Counted from the stretch's first letter, positions 1-13,037 are shown. The stretch is 64,000 nt of DNA from Octopus vulgaris (GCA_951406725.2 OX597816.1:16492001-16556000), one strand, 5' to 3'. The notes: generated by a model from the letters alone, not told the origin. Translations and numbers: made by a program.

Positions 1-85
1 TGCTGCAAAAAAAAAAAAAAAAAAAAATTGTTTTTCAGCATTAAAGTAAAAAGAAAAAATATTTTCATCAAAAATTATTACTCAC

Positions 86-198
86 CTTTTTTAGAGAATT
101 TGTAAAAATCTGATTCATATAGTGATCGCGTCATTCCAAAATCACCTATTTTCACTGTTTTATTTGAATGTACCAAACAGTTACGACAAGCTAAGTCT
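86..198 (-). CDS. VKR: VKR exon G: catalytic loop, DFG and activation loop (absent from the ORF track); gene continues beyond base 1
   Basis: ttccag acceptor and gtgagt donor; (R)[37 protein letters not shown](G) gives HRDLACRN and DFG. Confidence 0.95.
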
Positions 199-1003
199 CT
201 GGAATTTTAAAATATAAATCATCATTATCATAATAACCATTATCATTTTCAATATCAACATGACCAACACTTTGTCACCATAATATCACTTGTGATGCTT
301 TCCGGGATAAACATTTACAATATCCCAGAGGAAAAACTTTCAAAGTTCCTCATATTTTAATTAGTATGCATCACTGCTTAGAAATGTGTGTATTAAGACA
401 CATACAGAAATTTGGTGAAGCCTGTTGAGACAAAAAACATGTGTTAACAGCATTTCTGTCTCAGACAATCAGATTATCGGGTGCTTCCCGTTGATGAAGT
501 CCAGTAGGCCAGAATCACGTGATATGGGAATTCTGGCACCCATGATCATCTGCTATGATCAATGTGTGTGGCAGAGATGTCTTTTACAAAGGAGTGGAAA
601 TGAACAACATTGCTTGTATCACCAGGATGCCTCTTTACAACCACCACATGATATCAAGACAAGCAACACACACACACTTAAGGCTTCTTTTAGTTCCTGT
701 CTACCAAATTTGCTCATAAGGCTTTGGTTGGCCCAGAGCTATGGTAGAAGATACATGCCCAAGCTACCATGCAATGAGCTTGAACTTGAGATCTCATGGT
801 TGGGAAGGCAGCTTCTCAGTCACACAGCCACATCTGTGGTTGTAAGAATGTAGATCCAAGAAGTATTATGAGAATGCAAGAATGAATTTATTTTATTTTA
901 CTGTGAACAGTAGTACTGTTTACAAATGAAGCAGAATGAAATGTTAAAGGAAATTCAAAACCTAAGGTTGACATATGGAAAAATATTGAAGATGTGTACA
1001 TAC

Positions 1004-1154
1004 CTGTGTACATATTTAAGACTGTGGAGGTAGTTTAGTCCATTGGCAACATCAGTAGCCATTTGGGTTAGCTTAAAGGGAGCAACGTCTTCGGCCTCAA
1101 TAGTTTCTCGATCAACAAGACTCCGTCGAGACAATAAGTAAGTTTTTAGGTCAC
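1004..1154 (-). CDS. VKR: VKR exon F: kinase subdomains V-VIa
   Basis: taacag acceptor and gtatgt donor; (G)DLKTYLLSRRSLVDRETIEAEDVAPFKLTQMATDVANGLNYLHSLKYVH(R); phases 1 and 2 fit. Confidence 0.95.
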
Positions 1155-1509
1155 CTGTTACAAAAACAAACACATTTAAGTACTTTATATAATCGTCATC
1201 CTTTAATTTCCATTTTCCAAGCTGGCATGGGTTGCACAGTTTGACAAGATCTGGCAAGTCACAGGGTGCCACTCAGCTCCACTGTCTTCTTTGGCATAGT
1301 TTTTTTTTTTTATGACTGGATGCCCTTCTTAACATCAACCACTCTACAGTGTCTAAAGTGATTTCTTCACACTACTGGCACTAGTACCACAAAGATTATA
1401 TATATATATATATAAATTACTAATATAGGATGAAGTTTTTTTTACAGAAAAAAAATGTCATCAAAAAAGTGGCAGCCTATTAAAATACCTTTAAAGGTTA
1501 AAATTATAA

Positions 1510-1729
1510 ACAACTTATAAACAAGGGCAAAAGAAAATTATTTCCCTGCCAATATCCTGATAACAGACTTTTAAATCGTCAATTTCCACATATTATTATA
1601 CCCACTACAGAAATACGTTGGGCTGTAGTATTTCTGTAGTGGGTTTAATAATATGTGGAAATTGAGGATTTAAAAGTCTGTTATCAGCATATTGGCATAG
1701 AAATAATTTTTTTGCCCTTGTTTATAAGT

Positions 1730-1732
<3 letters not shown>
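1510..1732. repeat. Fold-back (about 105-bp imperfect inverted arms, 11-nt spacer) abutting a (TA)n tract
   Basis: 1510-1616 is the near reverse complement of 1628-1732. Confidence 0.85.
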
Positions 1733-1789
<57 letters not shown>

Positions 1790-3152
1790 TAAAAACACTT
1801 TTTGTACAAATTTTTACCGATAATGGATTTTTCTATACCGAAGCTACTTGGTAAAATTTATTAATTATTAAATTAATAATTCTTTACCCTATATCTATAA
1901 TGATAAATATATATATATGTATAACTCTCCCTATATATATAGTGTATATTGTTCCATGATGGTAAAATCAACAAAAAAAGTACTCCATCCAGTGGGAGAT
2001 AAAATATTATTTAATAAACCCAACATGCTTTTATGTGCTAATATTAGTTTCATGTGCTGAGAGCATGCCAGACAATATTTTAAAACATGTCTGGTGTCCT
2101 AGCACACTCATCAGTATGCAGCTGCTTGCTATGCTAGAAATAGCAGTGTTTAAATATCTCATTTTTTAACTTGTAAAGGGGTTTGTGCAGTGATATATTT
2201 AGGTTGAGGTTTCAAGCCTTATTAAATATTTTCAGTTTTTATTTTTGTCTAAATATTGGTTTTAAAAATATTTGAAAATTTTTACTAAGATCTCATAGTG
2301 CAAGCTCTGGGCAGGATTGAACCTTGCATGTGTAGCCCTGTGAAGGACTGACATCCCATTGTGATCTTGTTTACTTATATGCCATAGAAACTGGATAACC
2401 AGCCCTATGAGCTTGAGGACTTGAAACAGGGTTTACTTACTATTACATCATATATTGAAGTTATGTCAAGCTATGTGTATGAAAACAAACCATCACAGTG
2501 TGAATATGAAGTTTGTTTTGTAACTAAAGTGGCTGTGAGTTTCATCTCACTGCATGGAACCTTGGGTTCTCCTGCAGCAGACTGCTTAAAATACTCTACC
2601 ACAAGTGTAACAAGAAAGAGAACATATATTGATGGCTATGGATTGGTTTCTAGTATATTTATTTAATTTTGAGAAAGCATAGAACAACACAGGCCACTTG
2701 AGGCTTTTCTCTGCTGAGATATCTAATTATAATCAAGAATGTAGTCTCTACAATATTGTCCAGAAACTTATTCTAGGAGAGTATTTGTATACATACACAC
2801 AAATATATATATATCATCATCATCATTTAACGTCTGTTTTCCGTGCTAGCATGGGTTGGACGGTTCGACCGGGGTCTGGGAAGCCAGGAGGCTGCACCAG
2901 GCTCCAGTCTGATATGGCAGTGTTTCTACAGCTGGATGCCCTTTGAGTGTAGTGCGTGCTTTTTACGTGCCACCGGCACAGGTGCCAGGGGAGGCTGGCA
3001 GCGACCACAATCGGTTGGTGCTTTTTACATGCCACCGGCACAGAAGCCAGTCAAGGCGGTGCTGGCATCAGCCACGTTCGGATGGTGCTTTTTTTACGTG
3101 CCACCGGCACAGCAACATATATATATATGTGTGTGTGTGTGTGTATGTATGT

Positions 3153-3870
3153 ATCATTATCATCTTCATTTAATGTCCATTGTCCATGTTGGAATGGGTT
3201 GGATGGTTTGACCAGAGCTGGCAATTTAGGGAGCTGCACCAGACTCCAGTCTGATTTGGCATGGTTTCTACAGCTGGATGCCCTTCCTTGTACCAACCAT
3301 TTTACAGTGTGTGCTGGGTGTTTTTATGTGGCACTGCATGGGTGCTTTTACATAGCACCATACAGATATTTTTACATGGTGCCACAGAGGCACTTTTATG
3401 TGACACCACATGGGCTCTTTTATATGACACCACATGAGCATTTTTACATGGCTCCACATGAGTGTTTTTATGTGACACCACCACCACAAGTGCTTAATAC
3501 CACTGGCAGGGTCAATCGTAACACTTCTGCTGTGAGGTACAGGTCTCCCTGAGTATGGTCAGGCACCAGGTATCTCGGTCCTTTGGAGGGTTCAGCTTCC
3601 TGGGGTCATTCTTCAGTACTTCATCCCAAGTCTTCCTGGGTCTCTCACTTCCACGTGTTCCATCCACTTTGAGACACAGCGCTTCTTTATGGAGCTGTTG
3701 GCATCCTTCCGCATCACATGACCAACCCAGTGCAATCTTCTCTCTTGCATACAGCAACCAGTTCCTCTTATGCCTAACCTCTCTCTCAGAACACTGGCTG
3801 TCTGTCAAACATGTACACTTGCATTACACGTCCAGCAGAGCATACTAGCCTCATTCCTTTCTAACCTTTG
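3153..3870 (-). mobile_element. 5'-truncated RTE-clade LINE (ORF end, 3'UTR with about 22-bp minisatellite, degenerate (GAT)n tail)
   Basis: Minus-strand peptide ...VDGTRGSERPRKTWDEVLKND...DRDTW resembles the RTE C-terminus; the 3'UTR matches the other copies. Confidence 0.75.
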
Positions 3871-3979
3871 AATATATATATATATATAGTTTTCAACTAG
3901 CAATAACCACACCTTGGATTTACCTCATTGGCCATGGTACCAGCTCTCTCTCTATATATATATAGCTATTGAACGTTAA

Positions 3980-4351
3980 CTTACTCTTTTACTCGTTTCA
4001 GTCATTTGACTGTGGCCATGCTGGAGCACCACCTTTAGTCGAACAAATTGACCCTAGGAATTATTCTTAGTAAGTCCAGTACTTATTCTATCAGGATCTT
4101 TTGCTGAACCACTAAGTTACAGGGACATAAACACACCAGCATCGGTTTTCAAGCGATGTCAGGGGGACAAACACACACACGCACGCACATATATAAACAT
4201 ATGACGGGCTTCTTTCAGTTTCCATCTACCAAATCCACTCACAAGGCTTTGGTTGGCCTGAGGCTATAGTAGAAGACACTTGCCAACGGTGCCATGCAGT
4301 GGGACTGAACCTGGAACTATGTGGTTGGTAAGCAATCAACTTACCACACAG
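3980..4351 (-). mobile_element. tRNA-derived SINE family A
   Basis: Reverse-complement match to the copy at 10444-10832. Confidence 0.8.
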
Positions 4352-7186
4352 CTATTTGTTTTCATTTTTCCAGAGAAAGAAAGTGTTTTTATGAACAGAG
4401 ATAGCAACCTCCTAAAGCTTACATCACAATACACAGGGCTTCTATTTGAACACTCACTCTTCTAGAAATAGTGGCTAAACTTCCAACAAATCCCAACCCA
4501 ATCATCATAGGAAATGATGTACTGTAAACAGAGAAAGGAGGTGAAACCATCAAGACAAACTCTGAGCTAAGAAACAAGTATGTTATTCACTTTTGTTAAC
4601 AGAATCATCATCATCATCATCGTTTAATGTCTGCTTTCCATGCTAGCATGGGTTGGACGTATGACTGAGGGCTGGCGAACCAGATAGCTGCACCAGGCTT
4701 CAATCTTGATCTGGCAGAGTTTCTACAGCTGGATGCCCTTCCTAACACCAACCACTCCGAGAGTGTAGTGGATGCTTTTACGTGCCACTGGCATGGGTGC
4801 CAGTAAGGCAATGCTGGTAACAATCACGCTCGAATGGTGTTTTTTGCATGCGAACCAGATGGCTGCACCAGGCTCCAGTCTTGATCTAGGCAGAGTTTCT
4901 ACAGCTGGATGCCCTTCCTAATGCCAACCACTCTGAGAGTGTAGTGGGTGCTTTTACGTGCCAGTCGGGCGGTACTGGCAACGACCTCGCTCGAATTAAA
5001 AATTTTTTTTTTTTTATTATATCCTTCAAAATTTCAAGGTAGTGCTCCAGAACAGCCACAGTCCAGTGACTGAAACAATTAAAAGATAAATAGTATTTTT
5101 CTATTCTTGAACCTCTTTATTTAGACTTTTGTTCTACTTCTGATAGTTCTAAACCACGACTTTCTTCCACAGATACAATGATTAGTAAAACAAAAGTCGT
5201 CCAAAGAGTAACATCCAATCTCATTTTTGTTCAAAGTGTTTTTCGTTTTGGGTACACAAAACATTACAACAGTTTATTAATTTTTTTTGTTGTCTGATTT
5301 ACCACTAAACTGATTTTCACCAATATTAAATTGAATAGATGAATTGACATTGGTATCAAATATGACTTGGTACATCCAAATTGCCTCTCTTAGAATGAAA
5401 TAAGATTTAATATCAGCAATACAGAAGAGATTGAGTGTATTTCATTCTCACCAATTGTAGAATGAAATCAGTGTTAATATTTCAAGTGTTAGTCATCTCA
5501 TTTGATCAAAATATTATATTTGCCATAAATTTAAATAATCATGAATGCTTGAACAAGATGTCATTGGAAACTAAATTATAATATAAGATTACACTATAAT
5601 TTAATCAATCTTAACTTTATCTATAATAAAGGCCTTTCATTAAACACTTGAAGGCTGTACAATGTGTAATTAAAAGATAAAAATATCTGCTATTAAATTA
5701 TTGATTTCTAACGTTGGTTCAAGTTCACAGACTTGTGTGGGAGGGTGCAGACAATTAAATAGAACTCAATACTTAACTGGTACTTATTTTATCTACCCTG
5801 GAAGGATGAAAGACAAAAATCAATATTGGTAGGATTTGAACTTAGAATGTGTAACAATATAACTAAATACCAATTCTGAAGTTGCAGAATAAGAGCAGAT
5901 AAGATGTGACTTAATGTTGAAAGACATACTGCTAGTGTTTGATAATAAAACTGTCTGGATTATAGAGAAGGAAATTAAAATTGCTTCGAGTCGGTGAAGA
6001 TAATTTTGACAATGTATTGAAATGCCTAGCTGCAGTTGGAAAATAAGTGGAGATGTTTGAGATGTTTGCCTGCACACTAAATTGTTTCCAGCTGAGATAA
6101 TGACAGAATCATTACACAGAGAGCATTCATACAAACATACACAATGAAAATATTATGTATATATATTAAGTATATATATATATATATATTATATATAGAG
6201 ATATAAAGTATATGATTTAACTTATTAAAATCATAATAATGTTTGAAGACAAATACATATATATATATATATATATATATATGTTGATATAGTTCAACAT
6301 ATTTTACGTAAATGGAGAAGATTAGATATTAATATGGATGATAAGTTTTGTTTTCTTTATTCATGTAGCTATACAATTGTTTTATACAGAAAGGCAAGAA
6401 ATTCATTTTGAGAATCTGAGTTGTCAAAAAGTAGTCGTCAGTAACTGAAAATAATTAAAAACCTTAATAGACATTAGGATTACATAGGTATGGTGTTCTT
6501 ACTCATTTTTGTAATGTTAATTATCTTGGAGTCATGTCTATTTAAAACAAGACTAAGGGATAACACTTGGGTGTTGATATATATATTACTATTAAGGGTA
6601 ACATTCTCTCTATAGATTAGTAGAAAGGAGCTAATTTAAAACTCCCATATATGAAGTAAAAACCTGGTGGGGCTGTATATTATGGAAAAGGACTACCGAA
6701 ATAAAGAAATCCAGAATTTTGAAATATTGGGGATTAAGATTTATATTTAACTGTCAATAATCAATACAACTAAGTAATTAATTAGAAAAAATGTTTAATG
6801 GTAGTTATAACATTTTTTTTGTGCTTATATACTTGTATATACCCATCCATGCACATTATTGCCTATAATATATATATGAGGTTACTTTAATATAATGTAT
6901 TGTACTTGCAGTCGTTAAATGTGCATATTTTGTATATGCATAAATCTATGTGCATGTTGTGTAGCCAGATATTTTTGCATGTATATATCAAAGTATTTTA
7001 TAAATCTTATAAATTATTTTTTATATATATTATTTTAGCAACTATATCTATTTTATTTTTATTATATATATATATAATATTTATAAACAATTTTAAAATA
7101 TAATTTTTAAAATTTTTTTATAATATATGTTTTTATAATGTGCATTTGTACATATGTAAACCTATATGGCCAATATACATCCAGGA

Positions 7187-7233
<47 letters not shown>

Positions 7234-7234
<1 letters not shown>

Positions 7235-7451
7235 TTTATTTAAAGCAGCAGAAAATTCAACAAAATCTGTTACTCTGAGTTTCTGGTTGCCGTTCATCAG
7301 ACAGCAAAAACTGTCTGATGAACGGCAATGAGAAACTCAGAGTAACAGATTTTGTTGAATTTTCTGCTGCTTTAAATAAAGCATATTACTCTACCACTGG
7401 TATTTGAGTACTCTTTTTTCCACCTTGTTTCACATTTATGTGTTTACTCCG
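7234..7451. ncRNA. Fold-back element (71-bp arms) carrying a minimal type-I hammerhead-like motif on both strands (7311-7348 +, 7267-7304 -)
   Basis: CUGU-CUGAUGA-A-CGGCAA(CCA/UGA)-GAAA-CUCAGAG-UA-ACAG; stem I CUGU/ACAG, quasi-palindromic stem III, GUA triplet; flanked by (TA)n. Stem II is weak. Confidence 0.6.
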
Positions 7452-9102
7452 GTATATATATATATATATATATAAACATTATTTACGAACATATATCATT
7501 CAACCATGGTAGTGGTTGAATATATTAAGTCCACCACTTTGTCAATTGCAGTGGCTTCCAAGCTTCACCATTAATTCAGTTCTCAATTAAATTGCAAACT
7601 GTTAACAGTTTTAAAGAGGACACCACCTCAGCTACACTTTGGCATAAATAGTTTGAAATTTGGTTCAGTAGAAAAAAGTTACATCTAAATATCTGCAACC
7701 TCAAGGGGGCAGTAAGGCACCTATTCACCTTTAATTAACATAAACTTTTTAATTTTAAAGTAAAAGTATACTTTTCTTAGGCTTAAATGATAGAAAAATG
7801 AGTGAGGAATTCAGAGTTGTTAGTCGCATTGAACAAAAATTAGTAGAAGAAAAGTTACGGGGTGAAATACCACGAAATTTCATGTAAGCAAGGGAGTAAC
7901 GCTTATGAATTATATTAAAGAATATATTGCTAAAATGAATGTTTACATTCTAAGGTGGTGAGCTGGTAGAAATGTTAGCACACTGGGCAAAATGCTTAAC
8001 AGTATTTTGCTTGTGTTTATGTTTTGAGTTAAAATTCCGCCGAGGTCGACTTTGCTTTCTATCCATTTCGGATCTATTCAATTTGATGCACAGATTATTT
8101 AATTGATTTTTTAAAACTAAACACTTTGAAACTTCCGATACTGATACAATGTGTCACATACAACAGGGTTTACTCTTAACGTTTTTGACAAAATTTTGTA
8201 TTTTAGAAGTCATTTCGTCACAAGTTACAGAGCAACAATGGACAAATTTGTGTTTGATAAGTGCCAATATACAAAACTCTTACTTTTCACTTACTATTTA
8301 ACTTCTACCAATGATATATATGCATATTATACATATATGTGTAAAAAAAATCTCATCACGCAATCAAACCAATGACAGAGCCTCTACCTGGTTGCTCAAC
8401 ATGCTAAAAATAGCAGCCAGTGTATCCCCCTGCCCAGTATTTTATAAGGTAAAATCCTAAATTATCAATTGACACATTATTAATTATCTTATAACAGCAA
8501 TGCCTGGAAAAATCATGGAATACTTGGAAAAATGTGAGCATGAAAAGTAATATTCTTAAGATTATAAACTTGAAAAAGTACAGGACAAGTTATTACACTT
8601 GTAAAAGTATAGAACAAACTATTACTTAAAGTAAAGAATAAGAAATATTTTACGTAAAAATATTTCAGCTAAAATTAAAATATGAATATTAAAAAATATT
8701 TTATTATAGTTTACAAATAACTCTATACTTGTTTAAGTAGAATTTACTAACTTAAATACAGAAAAAAGTGACTAATTAGCCAAACGTACAAATTAGCTGA
8801 ACAGTTTTGTACAATAAATTTAAAAGATGAGAACTGTAAAGAGTGATAAATTAGAAGAACTGGCATTCTTTACAGCAATATTTTAAGTAAAAAGTTTATT
8901 ACTCTTTACTCGAAGCAATAGTTTGTTCTATACTTTTACAGGTGTAATAACTTGTCCTGTACTTTTCCAGGTATATAATCTTAAGAATATTACTTTCCAT
9001 GTAATATACATTAATCTGAGTATTTCATATATAAGGGTATTACTATGTTATTGATGTTTATGGGGTATTAGTATATACACTATTGTATGTACGTGTATGT
9101 CC

Positions 9103-9135
<33 letters not shown>

Positions 9136-9330
9136 TATTTTCTCTTTTTTATTTGTTTCCAATCATCTTGACTGCAGCTGTGCTGGAGCACCACCTTTAG
9201 TCGAACAAATCGACTCTAGGACTTATTCTTTGTAAGCCTAGTACTTAGCTGAACTGCTAAGTTACGGGGACATAAACACACCAACATCGGTTGTCAAGCA
9301 ATGGTGGAGGGACAAACACACACACACACC

Positions 9331-9381
<51 letters not shown>

Positions 9382-9812
9382 TCAAAATAAGCAACAAGTA
9401 TATCCAAGGTAATGTGGTACAATCATTTCATGCTACTTCATTTTATTAAACACTCTAAGTATTACATCAGTTTTAAAATGTTGAGCAATCTTCAGCCACT
9501 TATAGAATTTTCCAATCAAACGGACAATGCACATTCTTATCTCTAATGTGCATTGTCCATTCTTATCTCCATTTGATTGGAAATTTTTTATAAGTGGCTG
9601 AAGATTGCTCAACAATTTAAAACTGATGTAATACTTACAGTGTTTAATAAAATGAAGTAGCATGAAACGATTGTACCACATTACCTCGGATATATTTGTT
9701 GCTTATTTTGATTATAATCACCCCATAGATTTATATGGATAATAACATACAAAATTCTGGTACCTTTGACTTAAGTACCATATTCATCTGAATCTAAATT
9801 TTGCTGAACTTG
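9382..9812. ncRNA. Fold-back element (about 150-bp arms) with a hammerhead-like motif on both strands (9594-9679 +, 9414-9499 -), inserted into the microsatellite of a SINE-A copy
   Basis: GUGG-CUGAAGA-UUGCU..(about 50 nt)..AGCAU-GAAAC-GAUU-GUA-CCAC; SINE-A halves at about 9150-9320 and 9835-9925. Confidence 0.6.
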
Positions 9813-10443
9813 TATCTGTATATATATATATACACAATGGGCTTCTTTCAGTTTCCGTCTACTCACAAGGCTTTGGTTGGCCTGAGGACCATGTGGTTGG
9901 TAAGCAAGCTACTTACCACACAGCCAACCCTGTGTATACGTAGGTATTTATCAGTGAATGTTTGTTTCCGTATACATAAATCGTTTATGTATGCATATAT
10001 GGTTGTACTGGTATGTATACACATAAACCTTTACATAAGAAGCTAAGTATGGACAATTTTTACGTCCACATATCCATCTACATATTTACTTTTATAGTAA
10101 ATATGACTATTTTTTCCCTGTCAGCTCCCCTACACTACTCATAATTCTGACTTTATTTTCTATTTTTCCCATCAATTATACACAAATCATTTCAATATTA
10201 TTAAAAATAACTTTTCTATACTGTTCCATAGATGATTATATATGTTTTAGCAGCAGATAATATAAGTAATCCCCCACCCCCATCTTCATATTGTTACTTT
10301 TTATTTTCTGATTTTAATTTTTTTTATTCGTATTTTATTAACTGTCTTTTAGTATCTACCTCTTAAAATATCCTACAAGTTTAACTAAATTCTGTAATAT
10401 TACACTTATTTTTCATATAAAACATTATATCAATAAATTTTAT

Positions 10444-10832
10444 CAGGAGTGGCTGTGTGGTAAGTAGCTTGCTAACCAACCACATGGTTCCGGGTTCAGT
10501 CCCACTGCGTGGCATCTTGGGCAAGTGTCTTCTGCTATAGCCCCGGGCTGACCAATGCCTTGTGAGTGGATTTGGTTGACGGAAACTGAAAGAAGCCTGT
10601 TGTATATATGTATATATATATATGTATGTGTGTCTGTGTTTGTCCCTCTAGCATTGCTTGACAACCGATACTGGTGTGTTTAGATCCACGTCACTTAGCG
10701 GTTCGGCAAAAGAGACCGATAGAATAAGTACTGGGCTTACAAAGAATAAGTCCCGGGGTCGATTTGCTCGACTAAAGGCGGTGCTCCAGCATGGCTGCAG
10801 TCAAGTGACTGAAACAAGTAAAAGAGTAAGAG
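10444..10832 (+). mobile_element. tRNA-derived SINE family A, full length (about 390 bp, internal (TA)/(TG) tract, (GAGTAAAA)n-like tail)
   Basis: Pol III A box TGGCTGTGTGG and B box GGTTCAGTCCC; other copies at about 11330-11733(-), 20828-20968(+), 21526-21941(-), 23915-24388(-), 38211-38619(-), 44074-44360(+), 45643-46016(+), 63318-63712(-), plus degenerate ones. Confidence 0.85.
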
Positions 10833-11292
10833 TATACCCCAAAACAATAATGATTACTATTAAACACTTTTTCTAATTAATTACTTAGCCATATTGATTA
10901 TTGATGGTTAAATATAGATTTTAGTCCCCAGTATTTAAAAATTCCGGACTTACTTATTTGGGTAGTACTTTTCTGTAATATACAGCCCCACCAGGTTTTT
11001 TCTTCATATAAGGGAGTTTTAAATTAGCTCTTTTATATTAATCTATAGAGAGAATGTTGGCACATAAAATGCACCATTTGAGCATGGCTGTTGCCTGTAC
11101 CACCTGACTGGCCCTCGTGCCGGTGGCATGTAAAAGCACCCACTACACTCTTGGAGTGGTCGGCGTTAGGAAGAGCATCCAGCTGTAGAAACTCTGCCAG
11201 ATCAGATTGGAGTCAGGTGCAGCCATCTGATGTGCCAGACCTCAGTCAAATCGTCCAATCCATGCTAGCATAGAAAGTGGACGTTAAACGAT

Positions 11293-11324
<32 letters not shown>

Positions 11325-12219
11325 CGCTTTTAACTCTTTTAATTGTTTCAGTCATTTGACTGCGGCCATGCTGGAGCACCACCTTTAGTTGAGCAAATCG
11401 ACCCCGGGACTTATTCTTTGTAAGCCCAGTACTTATTCTATCGGTCTCTTTTTGCCGAACCGCTAAGTGATGGGGATGTAAACACACCAGCATCGATTGT
11501 CAAGCAATGTTAGGGGGACAAACACAGACACACAGACATACACACACATACATATATATATACATATATACGACAGGCTTCTTTCAGTTTCCGTCTACCA
11601 AATCCACTTACAAGGCATTGGTCGGCCCGAGGCTATAGCAGAAGACACTTGCCCAAGATGCCATGCAGTGGGACTGAATCCGGAACCATGTGGTTGGTAA
11701 GCAAGCTACTTACCACACAGCCACTCCGGCGCCTATATATATTATATCAACATCCAAGCATTATCCCTTAGTCTTGTTTTAAATAGACAGGACTCCAAAA
11801 TCATTAACATTATAAAAATGAGCAAGAACACCATACCTATGTAATTCTAACGTCTATTTAGCTTTTTTTTCTTTCTTATTTTCAGCTACTTATGAGTACG
11901 GTTTGACAACTCAGATTCTTAAAATTAATTTCTTGTCTCTCTGTATAAAACAATTGTATAGCTACATGAATAAAAAAAATTGTCATCCATTTTAACATCT
12001 AATCTTCTTCATTTACGTAAACTATGATTGAATTTGTCAAACTTCATTCTGTAACTTAAATCGTATATTGAATATACTTATATAACTTTTCATATCTACG
12101 CTAATTTACACCAGTAAATTGAAAGTAAAGTATGAAGAAACAACATTAGAAATCTTTTGGAAACTACTCCGATTAAAGAATGAATTCACATTCAATCTTT
12201 AAAAAATATGTATATCAAC

Positions 12220-12425
12220 GTATTTCGTTTTTGGATTTGGTTTGCAAGATTCTTTATATGAGTTCGTGTGTTGAAGCATATTCTGTTGTGTCTGAGGAGA
12301 GTCATTTTCTTTTTGTGCCTTATAATGTAACACACTCACTGGTAAAATTTCCACTTATTTCTTATTTTTATTTTCCTAAAATTTTCGTTACGTCTTGCAA
12401 CCTTTTCAATAGTCTTGACTCTGTC
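12220..12425 (-). mobile_element. Penelope-like terminal-repeat fragment with a hammerhead-like motif at 12376-12412
   Basis: CUA-UUGAAAA-G-GUUGC AAGAC GUAAC-GAAA-AU-UU-UAG; flanking sequence (tgcaagatt...tcgtgtgttgaa) is shared with the 15.0-15.3 kb element. Confidence 0.5.
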
Positions 12426-13037
12426 CGTTCCTTTTTGTTTGTTTGTGTGCATGTGTGTGGGTCAGTGTGTATGTGTGTGCCTATGCATGCATGTATGTAT
12501 CCTGCATATTCAGGTGCTTGCATGTCCGTGTTTGTGTATTTTCTATGTATGTATGTGTGTGTGAGTGTGTGTTGGTATATGTATGCACCTCTGTCTCCTT
12601 GTGTGTGCATGCGTGTGTGTGTGTGTTTTATGCAACTATGTACCATGTTTGTATGGATGGATGGATGTGTATCTCTATATATGTGTGGATCTGTGTCTCC
12701 ATATGTGTCCTTGTGTGGAGTAAAGTGTGTGTGTGTATATATGTCATGTGTTTCAGTCTCCATTTGCGTATGTGTGCTGGTCTGTTCTTATAACCTATGT
12801 ACCTATCTGTCTGCATGTTGATTTGTTTATTTTCATATCCATATGCTTACATACAAAAAAAAAATAAAATAAAATAAAATACATGTGCATACACCCCCCC
12901 ACACACACATCTACCTACCATTATTACTGATCACTGCTATCATGTTTGTATTCATTTTGTGACAATTCTGTGGCACAAGTATTTTTGACTTCTATTTTTA
13001 GCGATGCAGGTGATAAAGTGTAGTATCCTTGTATGTG

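Larger units (their letters stand above)
6205..12075. repeat. Long inverted-repeat pair (6205-6812 vs 10845-12075; right arm split by RTE and SINE insertions) enclosing an inner inverted pair (about 8539-8670 vs 8870-9001)
   Basis: Example: gtctatttaaaacaagactaagggataa (about 6536) vs ttatcccttagtcttgttttaaatagac (11761); aaaaacctggtggggctgtatatta vs taatatacagccccaccaggttttt. Confidence 0.85.

Noticed and set aside
3320-3480. CRISPR-like periodic array
   Set aside because: Tandem 22-bp minisatellite with no unique spacers, inside a LINE 3'UTR in eukaryotic DNA.
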